DNA of 64,000 nt from Macrostomum lignano (lineage: Eukaryota): the NCBI GenBank assembly GCA_002269645.1, contig NIVC01000594.1, positions 310,001 to 374,000 of the forward strand, read 5' to 3'. Both the position numbers and the translations under genes were made by a program. The notes beneath the pieces are model-generated. The model had not been told where the DNA came from, made no database searches, and saw only the letters and a list, made by a program, of their open reading frames with translations. Positions 47,915-60,309 of the stretch are shown piece after piece; the first letter of the stretch is position 1, and each line of letters starts with the position of its first letter.

Positions 47915-50822
47915 TTCTCTCTCTCTATCTCTCTGCATCCACTCTCCTCTCCCCCAGCCTCTCTATCTCTCTGCATCCACTCTCTTCTCTCCCTTAGCCT
48001 CTCTATCTCTCTGCATCCACTCTCCTCTCCCCCAGCCTCTCTATCTCTCTGCATCCACTCTCCTCTCCCCCAGCCTCTCTATCTCTCTGCATCCACTCTC
48101 CTCTCCCCCAGCCTCTCTATCTCTCTGCATCCACTCTCCTCTCCCTCAGCCTCTCTCTCTCTCTGCATCCACTCTCCTCTCCCCCAGCCTCTCTCTCTCT
48201 ACATCCACTCTCTTCTCTCCCTTAGCCTCTCTATCTCTCTGCATCCACTCTCCTCTCCCCCAGCCTCTCTATCTCTCTGCATCCACTCTCCTCTCCCCCA
48301 GCCTCTCTATCTCTCTGCATCCACTCTCCTCTCCCCCAGCCTCTCTATCTCTCTGCATCCACTCTCCTCTCCCTCAGCCTCTCTCTCTCTCTGCATCCAC
48401 TCTCTTCTCCCCTAGCCTCTCTATCTCTCTGCATCCACTCTCTTCTCTCCCTTAGCCTCTCTCTCTCTCTGCATCCACTCTCTTCTCCCCTAGCCTCTCT
48501 ATCTCTCTGCATCCACTCTCTTCTCTCCCTTAGCCTCTCTCTCTCTCTCTCTGCATCCACTCTCTTCTCCCCTAGCCTCTCTATCTCTCTGCATCCACTC
48601 TCTTCTCCCCTAGCCTCTCTCTCTCTCTGCATCCACTCTCTTCTCCCCTAGCCTCTCTATCTCTCTGCATCCACTCTCTTCTCTCCCTTAGCCTCTCTCT
48701 CTCTCTGCATCCACTCTCTTCTCTCCCTTAGCCTCTCTCTCTCTCTGCATCCACTCTCTTCTCTCCCTTAGTCTCTCGATCTCTCTGCATCCACTCTCCT
48801 CTCCCTCAGCCACTCAATCTCTCTGCATCCACTCTCTTCTCTCCCTTAGTCTCTCGATCTCTCTGCATCCACTCTCCTCTCCCTCAGCCACTCTATCTCT
48901 CTGCATCCACTCTCTTCTCTTCCTCAGCCTCTCGATCTCTCTGCATCCACTCTCTTCTCTCCCTTAGTCTCTCGATCTCTCTGCATCCACTCTCCTCTCC
49001 CTCAGCCTCTCTCTGCATCCACTCTCTTCTCCCTCAGCCTCTCTATCTCTCTGCATCCACTCTCCTCTCCCTCAGCCTCTCTCTGCATCCACTCTCCTCT
49101 CCCCCAGCCTCTCTATCTCTCTGCATCCACTCTCCTCTCCCCCAGCCTCTCTATCTCTCTGCATCCACTCTCCTCTCCCTCAGCCTCTCTATCTCGCTGC
49201 ATCCACTCTCCTCTCCCTCAGCCTCTCTATCTCTCTGCATCCACTCTCTCCTCTCCCCCAGCCTCTCTATCTCTCTGCATCCACTCTCCTCTCCCTCAGC
49301 CTCTCTATCTCTCTGCATCCACTCTCCTCTCCCTCAGCCTCTCTCTGCATCCACTCTCCTCTCCCTCAGCCTCTCTATCTCTCTGCATCCAATCTCCTCT
49401 CCCCCAGCCTCTCTCTGCATCCACTCTCCTCTCCCTCAGCCTCTCTATCTCTCTGCATCCAATCTCCTCTCCCTCAGCCTCTCTCTGCATCCACTCTCCT
49501 CTCCCCCAGCCTCTCTATCTCTCTGCATCCACTCTCCTCTCCCCCAGCCTCTCTATCTCTCTGCATCCACTCTCCTCTCCCTCAGCCTCTCTATCTCTCT
49601 GCATCCACTCTCTCCTCTCCCCCAGCCTCTCTATCTCTCTGCATCCACTCTCCTCTCCCCCAGCCTCTCTCTGCATCCACTCTCCTCTCCCTCAGCCTCT
49701 CTCTGCATCCACTCTCCTCTCCCTCAGCCTCTCTCTGCATCCACTCTCCTCTCCCTCAGCCTCTCTCTTCATCCACTCTCCTCTCCCTCAGCCTCTCTCT
49801 GCATCCACTCTCCTCTCCCTCAGCCTCTCTCTGCATCCACTCTCCTCTCCCTCAGCCTCTCTCTGCATCCACTCTCCTCTCCCTCAGCCTCTCTCTGCAT
49901 CCACTCTCCTCTCCCTCAGCCTCTCTCTTCATCCACTCTCCTCTCCCTCAGCCTCTCTCTGCATCCACTCTCCTCTCCCTCAGCCTCTCTCTGCATCCAC
50001 TCTCCTCTCCCTCAGCCTCTCTCTGCATCCACTCTCCTCTCCCTCAGCCTCTCTCTGCATTCAATCTCCTCTCCCCCAGCCTCTCTCTGCATCCACTCTC
50101 CTCTCCCCCAGCCTCTCTCTGCATCCACTCTCCTCTCCCTCAGCCTCTCTCTGCATCCACTCTCCTCTTCCTCAGCCTCTATCTGCATCCACTCTCCTCT
50201 CCCCCAGCCTCTCTCTGCATCCACTCTCCTCTCCCTCAGCCTCTCTCTGCATCCACTCTCCTCTCCCTCAGCCTCTCTCTGCATCCACTCTCCTCTCCCT
50301 CAGCCTCTCTCTGCATCCACTCTCCTCTCCCCAGCCTCTCTCTGCATCCACTCTCCTCTCCCTCAGCCTCTCTCTGCATCCACTCTCCTCTCCCTCAGCC
50401 TCTCTCTGCATTCACTCTTCTCTCCCTCAGCCTCTCTCTGCATCCACTCTCCTCTCCCTCAGCCTCTCTCTGCATCCACTCTCCTCTCCCTCAGCCTCTC
50501 TCTGCATCCACTCTCCTCTCCCTCAGCCTCTCTCTTCATCCACTCTCCTCTCCCTCAGCCTCTCTCTGCATCCACTCTCCTCTCCCTCAGCCTCTTTCTG
50601 CATCCACTTTCTCCTCTCCCTCAGCCTCTCTCTGCATCCACTCTCTCCTCTCTCCCTCAGCCTCTCTCTGCATCCACTCTCTCCCCTCTCCCTCAGCCTC
50701 TCTCTGCATCCACTTTCTCCCCTCTCCCTCAGCCTCTCTCTGCATCCACTCTCTCCTCTCTCCCTCAGCCTCTTTCTGCATCCACTTTCTCCTCTCCCTC
50801 AGCCTCTCTCTGCATCCACTCT
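47915..50822 (+). repeat. About 32-41 bp pyrimidine-rich minisatellite (ctctctgcatccactctcctctccctcagcct)
   Basis: About 80 units with unit length drifting along the array. Confidence 0.97.
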
Positions 50823-51537
50823 TTTCTCTTTCACAAGTGGACGCAGAAAAGTCAAGCAAACGAATTTCTGCCACCATTTTCTGAAAGAAGTCCTCCTGAA
50901 CCTTTATTTCTTATTTTCACGACGCAATTTCATTGGGAATGAAGCCATTTCAATCAAAGCCGATTCCCTATCTATCTTTCTATCCCCATTCCCCCACTTG
51001 ATCCCATTCTCCACCCAACAAGGCATTTTCAATTTCAATCAAACCTCCCTACCAACCCCCGTCGCTTCCCTCTTTCTCGTCTATCTTCGACATTCCGGAT
51101 GTGGGCGAAAGATAAAGGGGAGGGGGTGGGCAGGAGCGAGGATTTCCAGGAAATGACTTTGATTTTTCAAGCTCTCTGTTCGAATTGCTTCCAGGGAAGA
51201 TCGAGAGATTGAGAATGTGGAAAGAAGAAGAAGAGATTGAGAGGCTTCAATCGTTTAATTTATCGGCTCTGAGAAAGACGAAGAGCAAAGCAGAAGACGC
51301 GAAACAGCGCTGGCGCTAATTTGAAAATTGCAAAACTGTCTGCCCCACTGAAGGCGTCCCTGAGATTGAGAATCGGGCGCTCTTCTGCCAAAGAAATTGC
51401 TTTTTTCGCCTTGCTAGGCGCTGCACTTTGTCTGCCTTTTATAAGAAATCAGCGTGGGCAGCTACAGGTCTGTTGTCGGCTGCCAAATCCATTTGTGAGA
51501 CAGGAGTTTTACAGCTTATTGACACTGAGTTCACAAT

Positions 51538-52860
51538 ACTCTGTAGCTGGCGCCCCCTCTGTAGCTGGCGCTCCCTCTGTAGCTGGCGCTCCCTCTGTAG
51601 CTGGCGCCCCCCATCTGTAGCTGGCGCTCCCTCTGTAGCTGGCGCCCCCTCTGTAGCTGGCGCCCCTCTGTAGGTGGCGCTCCCTTTGTAGCTGGCGCCC
51701 CCTCTGTAGCTGGCGCCCCCCTCTGTAGCTGGCGCCCCCTCTGTAGCTGGCGCCCCCCATCTGTAGCTGGCGCCCCTCTGTAGCCGGCGCCCCTCTGTAG
51801 GTGGCGCTCCCTCTGTAGCTGGCGCCCCCTCTGTAGCTGGCGCCCCCTCTGTAGCTGGCGCCCCCTCTGTAGCTGGCGCCCCCCTCTGTAGCTGGCGCCC
51901 CTCTGTAGCTGGCGCCCCCCCCTTGTAGCTTGCGCCCCTCTGTAGCTGGCGCCCTTCTCTGTAGCTGGCGCTCCCTCTGTAGCTGGCGCCCCCTCTGTAG
52001 CTGGCGCCCCCTCTGTAGCTGGCGCCCCCCTCTGTAGCTGGCGCCCCCCTCTGTAGCTGGCGCCCCTCTGTAGCTGGCGCCCCCCCCTTGTAGCTTGCGC
52101 CCCTCTGTAGCTGGCGCCCTTCTCTGTAGCTGGCGCCCCTCTGTAGCTGGCGCCCCTCTGTAGCTGGCGCCCCTCTGTAGCTGGCGCCCTTCTCTGTAGC
52201 TTGCGCCCCTCTGTAGCTTGCGCCCCTCTGTAGCTGGCGCCCCTCTGTAGCTGGCGCCCCCTCTGTAGCTGGCGCCCCTCTGTAGCTGGCGCCCCCTCTG
52301 TAGCTGGCGCCCCTCTGTAGCTGGCGCCCCCTCTGTAGCTGGCGCCCCTCTGTAGGTGGCGCTCCCTTTGTAGCTGGCGCCCCCTCTGTAGCTGGCGCCC
52401 CTCTGTAGCTGGCGCCCCCCCTTGTAGCTTGCGCCCCTCTGTAGCTGGCGCCCCCCATCTGTAGCTGGCGCCCCTCTGTAGCCGGCGCCCCTCTGTAGGT
52501 GGCGCTCCCTCTGTAGCTGGCGCCCCCTCTGTAGCTGGCGCCCCCTCTGTAGCTGGCGCCCCCTCTGTAGCTGGCGCCCCCCTCTGTAGCTGGCGCCCCT
52601 CTGTAGCTGGCGCCCCCCCCTTGTAGCTTGCGCCCCTCTGTAGCTGGCGCCCTTCTCTGTAGCTGGCGCCCCTCTGTAGCTGGCGCTCCCTCTGTAGCTG
52701 GCGCCCCCTCTGTAGCTGGCGCCCCCTCTGTAGCTGGCGCCCCCCTCTGTAGCTGGCGCCCCCTCTGTAGCTGGCGCCCCCTGTAGCTAGCTGGCGCCCC
52801 TCTGTAGCTGGCGCCCCTCTGTAGCTGGCGCCCCCTCTGTAGCTGGCGCCTCTCTGTAGC
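51538..52860 (+). repeat. About 18-20 bp minisatellite (ctgtagctggcgcccc(c)t)
   Basis: About 68 units; shares the GGCGCCCC core with the CYP-associated satellite. Confidence 0.97.
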
Positions 52861-53469
52861 TTAAATGTAGTCTATAGTATTAAAGGGATTGATTAAAGTG
52901 ACCGCATGGCTAAAAAGGTTATGGACTCGAATTCCAAATGATAGCAAGTGCGTGTTTTGTCCGAGCTGAGCTCAAAAGTTTTTGAGAGACAGCTGGAGCA
53001 GCTGGGTGCCCTTGCGAGTGCAGCTTGCTTCTACATCAGTTGTTCACAGAAAGCTCATCGTACTAAACTACTAAGGGAATGGAATACTGAATACTTTTCT
53101 GTTAAAATTCCTAAATCTAGCCATCTAGTTTTGAACTCCATGACTGCCGGCACAATTTTTGCGTATATAGCTCAACAGGGCTTGTATGGCCTTTTCCTGG
53201 TCTTTCTATTCGCACATTAGCTGGCTTATTTCTGTAATGCTTGTAGCGAACCAATTCTCCATCCACCCTGACTGACCGTTTGGTAGGCAATTAACTCAAG
53301 GCGGCTGTGTCGGGGGGGGGGCAAATCCTCTACCCTCTGAGTCCTGAGAGGCTGCGGGCTGTTGTTGACTCTGGAGATGAGGACTGCAGCGATCCAGTGA
53401 TTGGGTGTTGGGTGCGGCTCTGCTTGAAGCCTTGCTGATAGCCTGGCGCTGATGAGATAGTCGGATAAG

Positions 53470-54250
53470 GGATGAGATACTTGTGAGACAGGGATGAGAT
53501 ACTGGTGAGACAGGGATGAGATACTGTTGAGACAGGGATGAGATACTGGTGAGACAGGGATGAGATACTGGTGAGACAGGGATGAGATACTGGTGAGACA
53601 GGGATGAGATACTGGTGAGATAGGGATGAGATACTGGTGAGACAGGGATGAGATACTGGTGAGACAGGGATGAGATACTAGCGAGATAGGGATAAGATAC
53701 TAGCGAGATAGGGATGAGATACTGGTGAGACAGGGATGAGATACTAGCGAGATAGGGATGAGATACTGGTGAGACAGGGATGAGATACTAGTGAGATCGG
53801 GATGAGATACTGGTGAGACAGGGATGAGATACTAGCGAGATAGGGATAAGATACTAGCGAGATAGGGATGAGATACTGGTGAGACAGGGATGAGATACTG
53901 GTGAGATAGGGATGAGATACTGGTGAGACAGGGATGAGATACTAGCGAGATAGGGATAAGATACTAGCGAGATAGGGATGAGATACTGGTGAGACAGGGA
54001 TGAGATACTGGTGAGATAGGGATGAGATACTGGTGAGACAGGGATGAGATACTAGCGAGATAGGGATAAGAAACTAGCGAGATAGGGATGAGATACTGGT
54101 GAGACAGGGATGAGATACTAGCGAGATCGGGATGAGATACTAGCGAGATGGGGATGAGATACTAGTGAGATCGGGATGAGATACTAGTGAGATCGGGATG
54201 AGATACTAGCGAGATCGGGATGATATACTGGAGAGATAGGGATGAGATAC
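53470..54250 (+). repeat. 22-bp minisatellite (gatgagatactggtgagacagg)
   Basis: About 35 units. Confidence 0.96.
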
Positions 54251-54985
54251 TGGCAAGATCAGCTGTTCCTGTCTCTGTAGACGAAGTTTCCTTGACTGAA
54301 GTTGTCTTCGGCGGAACCCAATTCAGTTCTGTGCAAGAAAAAAACAAATCGATCTTTGCGAAATGCTTACAGTGCATTGCTGTGCCAAGAATTATTTGTG
54401 CTTGAATTTGCGCGCGAACCCCAGTTCTCAACTGACAGTTGTGTCTGTCTTAAAGTGCTTTTTATTTACCTTAGATGTGTAGCAATAAAGTGCATTTAGT
54501 AGCTAGGATAGAATTAAACAGCAAGAATTAAGATAGGATTTATAGTCAACACTGAGTTACTAGAACACTAGGTTTATAGTTCACTGTGCACTGATTCAAT
54601 AAATATAAAAATTTATGCTAAAACATTCATGTATTGCTGCCAATAATTTGATTTTATCCTTATGTAATGATTTTAAAATATTTTCCAACTATAACTTCTA
54701 ACTATACAAGTAGAGAAACAAATAATTTTTTTTTCTGTTTTTTCCAAATTTAAGCCGTAGATACTCGTTCAGACTACTGACAGAAAAGTAGCTTGAACGA
54801 ATATTAACACCGAAACGTCAGTGAACTGTCTAGGGTTTTAGCAACATGAGCAACATTATAAAGCATTACGCAACATTACTAGGGTAATAAAATACTAGGA
54901 AACCTACAGAAAAAGAGCGACAAAACTGTAACGTAAAATAAATTTTTGCGCTTATTAAACTTGAGTTTTTTTAAAAACCAAGCCA

Positions 54986-55267
54986 TCAAGCAACATTAAG
55001 TTTCATTTCTTCTGTCCGGCGCTGGGCTGTCGGTGTCTGAGGCCGCATCGCCTCCAGCTTGGCGGACACCTCGCTCACGTGGCTGATGTTCGATGCGTTC
55101 CGAGTCTCCTCGATTTCGCTCCAGCCGTGAGCGGTGGCCGATGAGCTCACATTGCCTGACAGTTTCTGGCGCTCCCGGTCAAGGGCGGACAGCAGCTTGG
55201 ACACGGCCGTGTCAGTCTTGCCGGACGGGCGGCCGTCCAGCCAGTAGGTTGTCATCTTGCCTTTGCC
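54986..55267 (-). CDS. Gyc88E-like: Atypical soluble guanylate cyclase, exon 7 (GKGKMTTYWL + C-terminal tail); full CDS about 687 aa
   Basis: Completes the cyclase consensus EIK|GKGKMTTYWL. The acceptor is a less common AAG; stop at 54986-54988. Confidence 0.85.
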   Translation of the reverse strand, partial: GKGKMTTYWLDGRPSGKTDTAVSKLLSALDRERQKLSGNVSSSATAHGWSEIEETRNASNISHVSEVSAKLEAMRPQTPTAQRRTEEMKLNVA

Positions 55268-55407
55268 CTTGACAGTGACATGCGGTGGAGGATTGTTCAT
55301 TACTTTGCTGCCCGTGTTGCAAAGAAAATGGTCTTAACTTTGAGAGAGGGTTAGGATTAGTAAACCTGGGTGAGAAGTTGAACTCTAGTAAACAATAAGG
55401 AGCTCAG

Positions 55408-56497
55408 GGTTTACCTGAGTAACCGAGGGTTTACCTGAGTAACCGAGGGTTTACCTGAGTAACCGATGGTTTACCTGAGTAACCGAGGGTTTACCTGAGT
55501 AACCGAGGGTTTACCTGAGTTACCGATGGTTTACCTGAGTAACCGAGGGTTTACCTGAGTAACCGAGGGTTTACCTGAGTAACCGAGGGTTTACCTGAGT
55601 AACCGAGGGTTTACCTGAGTAACCGAGGGTTTACCTGAGTAACCGAGGGTTTACCTGAGTAACCGAGGGTTTACCTGAGTAACCGAGGGTTTACCTGAGT
55701 AACCGAGGGTTTACCTGAGTAACCGAGGGTTTACCTGAGTAACCGAGGGTTTACCAGAGTAACCGAGGGTTTACCTGAGTAACCGAGGGTTTTACCTGAG
55801 TTACCGATGGTTTTACCTGAGTAACCGAGGGTTTACCTGAGTAACCGAGGGTTTTACCTGAGTAACCGAGGGTTTACCTGAGTAATTGATGTTTTACTTG
55901 AGTAATTGATGTTTTACCTGACTAATTGATGTTTTACCTGACTAATTGATGTTTTACCTGACTAATTGATGTTTTACCTGAGTAATTGATGTTTTACCTG
56001 AGTAATTGATGTTTTACTTGAGTAATTGATGTTTTACTTGAGTAATTGATGTTTTACTTGAGTAATTGATGTTTTACTTGAGTAATTGATGTTTTACTTG
56101 AGTAATTGATGTTTTACTTGAGTAATTGATGTTTTACTTGACTAATTGATGTTTTACCTGATCTGAGTATTGATGCTTTACCTGAGTAACCGAGGGTTTT
56201 ACCTGAGTAACCGATGGTTTTACCTGAGTTACCGAGGGTTTTACCCGAGTAACCGAGGGTTTTACCTGAGTAACCAAGGGTTTTACCTGAGTAACCAAGG
56301 GTTTTACCTGAGTTACCGATGGTTTTACCTGAGTAACCGAGGGTTTACCTGAGTAACCGAGGGTTTTACCTGAGTAACCGATGGTTTTACCTGAGTTACC
56401 GAGGGTTTACCTGAGTTACCGACGGTTTTACCTGAGTTACCGAGGGTTTACCTGAGTTACCGACGGTTTTACCTGAGTAACCGAGGGTTTTACCTGT
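55408..56497 (+). repeat. 20/21-bp minisatellite (ttacctgagtaaccgagggt) with a central AT-shifted variant block, in sGC intron 6
   Basis: Direct reading; variant ttacttgagtaattgatgtt at about 55880-56160. Confidence 0.96.
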
Positions 56498-56544
56498 ACA
56501 CAGTTACACCTACAAAAATCAGCATAGTTGTATATCAGACTCAC

Positions 56545-56747
56545 TTTAATCTCAACTTCCCCGCGGGGAGACGTCTGGTAGACTTTATAAGCGTCCAGAC
56601 GGGCTTTAGTGGCCTCGCTGATGTGAATCTTCTGGCTGGCGCTGTTGGACTCCATCCGGGAGGCCGTGTTGACCACATCGCCAAACAGGCAGTAGCGAGG
56701 CAGTTTCAGGCCCACCACCCCAGAAATCACTGTGCCGCTGTGCATAC
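56545..56747 (-). CDS. Gyc88E-like: Atypical soluble guanylate cyclase, exon 6 (catalytic core)
   Basis: [42 protein letters not shown]; CAG acceptor, GTGAGT donor; phases match the neighbouring exons. Confidence 0.95.
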
Positions 56748-56797
56748 CTGCGGTGGAGCAGAGCCACAGCACTTAGAAGTACTTGTGTCTTAGTCTA

Positions 56798-56814
56798 GAG
56801 AGAGAGACAGAGAA

Positions 56815-56882
<68 letters not shown>

Positions 56883-56931
56883 GGGAGAGAGAGAGAGAGG
56901 AGAGGGAGAGAGAGGGAGAGAGAGGGAGAGA

Positions 56932-57015
<84 letters not shown>

Positions 57016-57119
57016 GAGGAGAGAGAGAGAGAGAGGGAGAGAGAGAGAGAGAGGGGAGAGAGAGAGAGAGAGAGGGAGAGAGAGAGGGGAGAGAGAGAGA
57101 GAGAGGGGAGAGAGAGAGA

Positions 57120-57167
<48 letters not shown>

Positions 57168-57227
57168 GGAGAGAGAGAGAGAGAGAGGGGGAGAGAGAGG
57201 AGAGAGAGAGAGAGGAGAGAGAGAGGT

Positions 57228-57294
<67 letters not shown>

Positions 57295-57385
57295 GAGAGA
57301 GAGAGGGGAGAGAGAGAGAAAGAGAGAGAGAGGGGGAGAGGGAGAGGGAGAGAGAGAGGGAGAGAGAGGGGGGTAGAGAGAGAGA
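56798..57385 (+). repeat. (AG)n microsatellite in sGC intron 5
   Basis: Direct reading. Confidence 0.98.
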
Positions 57386-57394
57386 GAGTTGGGT

Positions 57395-57665
57395 GGCTGT
57401 ACATTAGAAGACGCCCAGGAGCGCACAGGCGCCAGTTGTCATTTCAGAGTTGGTTTGCGGGTTCTTTATGTACAGGGCTTCAATAATTTTAAGCCGGCGC
57501 TTCCAATGGCATTTGTGTATGACAGAAAAAGCAATTGTTCCGCTTGCTTGTTTTATAACCGATCATCAGACCTAATGGAGGATTGCTGAGGTGACAAGGC
57601 TCCTCAATTGGGAGTTTTTGGTAGGCCAAGAAACTATTGGGAAGATTAAGAGTCACCGAGTCAGG
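57395..57665 (-). mobile_element. Penelope-like element relic (GIY-YIG endonuclease C-terminus)
   Basis: Minus-strand translation with stops gives TSAILH ... FSVIHKCHWKRRLKIIEALYIKNPQTN, resembling the PLE motif SAI..H..F.IL..L.I.EAL.I..P.LN. Confidence 0.5.
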
Positions 57666-58443
57666 GTTGTAAAGACTTGGCTTATAGGAGGCAACATGGC
57701 CTGCTGACTCCCGCTCTGCTGCGCCCCCTTGCTGCCCCGGTTCCGTCTCCCGCGCCGCTACACATGCCTTTCTGGAGCCCCTACCTCTCTCTGTACCTCA
57801 CCCGCTACTCTATTTCCCATGCGCTCTACCCTATCTATCATGTACCTTTTCCAATCCCCCTCTTTTTTGTCTCTTTTTGCACTGTTTTCCTGCGCTGCCC
57901 CCCTCTTTTGGTGCCTGCTTACAGTACTTTGTGCGCTCACCGTCACCCCATTCCTACTAAAACTCCCAAACAGTGACGCAAGTCTTGTGATCCCTCTTTC
58001 CCCTCGATGACTCATCGATGACTCACCACCCCGTCTTGCGCAACCTTTTCTCATGCTATTGTTCTCCTCCTCAAATTTCTCATGCGACACCCACCCCACC
58101 TCCGCTTCTATTGTTCTCGTTTTTGATTCTTTCGTTCTCCTCTTCGCACCCAATTATCACGTTTTCTCCGATTTTCTCTTTCTTTTGTTCTCGTTTTCGC
58201 ACCGCACCTAATTAGCACCTTTTCTCCAATGTTTGCTTTTCTATTGTTCTCGATTCTCCCCAATTATTCCCGATTTCGATTTCCTTTGTCCTCGACCCCC
58301 GCCCTATTGTTCTCAATGTTTGCTTGCGCAACACTTTCTCGACCTCCCGCTGCGCCAAATATCCCCCCACCCCACCTCCGGATTGCGCAATTTTTCAATT
58401 TCTCATGTTGCTATGCCGTTCTCATTCTTATCATGACTCATTC

Positions 58444-58816
58444 TGACGTCATTCTGCCGGCAGCCAATCAGAGAGAGGGAGTCATGGAAACAACCTTGGA
58501 GCGGCGGCAGGAAGGCTATATAAGCAAGCGGTTTTCGGCATGAGAATCCTCAAAAGGCTTTTGTCTTGTCCCTATTGTGGACTTGCTGTCAGACCTCGAT
58601 CTGACCCATTCGTCTATAGGACGAACCTCTGCCGGTCCGCGGTCTGATACCGCCAAGTTACCTTAGCTCCCCAAGTGAGCTCGCCTATCGGCCAGCGGTC
58701 TGTTACCGCCAAGTATCATCAGCATCGCCTGAACTACATCAGCGCCTCGTCGCTTCAGCGCATCGCCGCTTCACCGTCTGCCTGACTGCAGCCAGCAGCC
58801 GCCCTCGGTCATTTCA

Positions 58817-58851
<35 letters not shown>

Positions 58852-58866
58852 AGCCGCCGGTAAGTT
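58444..58866 (+). promoter_or_regulatory. Pol II promoter-like / LTR-like block antisense to sGC (CRE, CCAAT, TATA, splice donor)
   Basis: TGACGTCA 58444-58451, GCCAATCAGA 58463-58472, TATATAA 58517-58523, (CT)n tract and CCG|GTAAGT donor at 58860. Function is inferred. Confidence 0.4.
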
Positions 58867-59289
58867 CTTGTTACTAATTTGTGCTCTAATTGCCTTTGCT
58901 TATCCGGGGTTTGCCTATTTTCCATTGTCTGATTAGAGAGCTGAGCCAATTGTGATACCGTATCTTTTGCTGTACTTTATTTAATAGTAAAGCCGCCTAA
59001 TTGCCTGATTATTTTGCCTAAGGGCCTAATTATTTATTATTACTAACTCCCTCATTATTCACTCTTTCACCATCATTTCATTCATGGCATGCTAAGCCTT
59101 TCCACCGGGGTGGCAAAGCATAGGGAAGTTTGGGTAAGCTAATGGCCTCTCCCCGTGCAAAGCCCGCCTGTGTGTGCGTGCTGCGGGTCCGTGTGTGCGT
59201 GCAGTAGAGGGATTAGCGAGTCTTGGCACAGAATGGCAGTAGGAATGTTGCAACCCCATGCTGACGCGTCCCTTCGCCCTCAGCAATCT

Positions 59290-60290
59290 AAACTGGAGAC
59301 AGTACATGTTCGCCTCATACTACTCTTAGTAATCAAAGTCGCAAGTCAGCCTCGCTCACAGCCACAAAGGATCCCCTGCTGAGAAATCCTCCAGGATTGA
59401 GCCCAGAGTTCCCGATCATTCCCCAAGCAGAGTCCCTGTACTCGGCTGCATGCGTCTCCCCTGTTAGCCTAAATCCCCTGGTAACCAATCCAGGCGGGGC
59501 TCTAGCCTCGATAGGTCTGGTAGTAAGATCCAGGTGCGCCAGGTCCCATAGAGTGGTGGCAGCCACTCGGTCATGCTCTGACCGAGTGACCAACTATTGC
59601 ACCTTGGCTACAGTTGGGGTCCATGTGGGTCCTTGGCCCTCTGGTCACGAAGCGCTACCAAAGCTATCAATCATGTGGGCGGGACAGTCTGGTGCTGGAG
59701 GTCCGTCAGGTCATTGCCCGGTCGTGGGCAGCCTACGGTCATTGCCCCCTCTGGTCATGCGTTCGTCCCCCAACGGAGCGGACGGGCGACAAGGGCGGTT
59801 ACATCAATTTTCCTTAACAGTAGGAACACCAAGCCATTTTCCGCCCGTCGAACTACCTCGGAAACTCCACCGATCCCTGACGATTTTTTGCTGCGCCGGA
59901 ACGGAGCAACGCAGGCACACGAAATTCCAGAATCTTCTAAGGCTAACTTTTTGTAGCGCACCTTCTCAAACAAGAATCAAGTCGCCAGCCCTCTGGACTG
60001 TCGAGATATTCAACGATTCTGCCAGAAGGTCTGATCTTTTCCATAAGCGCCAGTGTATTAATACACCTCAGTGCAGCCGTCCAAGCCTCTAAATTTCATC
60101 AGCACGTCGACAACATGTGTCTGCATTAGCTGTGACTTCGTTGGTCACTGGCCTTCACCCAGGCGGAGCTTCTGGACCTTCAACAGGTGGGACCAGGTGA
60201 CTATGGCAAACCTCAACTGCTGGACATCCTCAGCTCGTCTCTCGAGCATTCCGTCAAATCTCCGTCAAGCAATAATAAAAACAATTGATT
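59290..60290 (+). mobile_element. Heavily decayed non-LTR (L2/CR1-group-like) reverse transcriptase relic
   Basis: RT motifs in the correct order but across frameshifts: RLILL..KVA (RPISL..K), RSHRVV..SD, GV..GS.LGPL, AINHV (YINDL), FLNSRNTK (LN..KTK), WSLAFTQAELLDLQQV (W.P.LT..Q..LE.VQ). Confidence 0.5.
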
Positions 60291-60309
60291 ACACCTGCCA
60301 AAATAAGCA

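Noticed and set aside
57540-57580. Hammerhead ribozyme at CTGATGA in the Penelope relic (also other CTGANGA hits at about 9036, 20870, 21830 and 53447)
   Set aside because: None has a properly placed GAAA with a stem II and a cleavage-site helix.
59092-59600. Minus-strand LINE 3' end
   Set aside because: The + strand gives a better, correctly ordered series of RT motifs.
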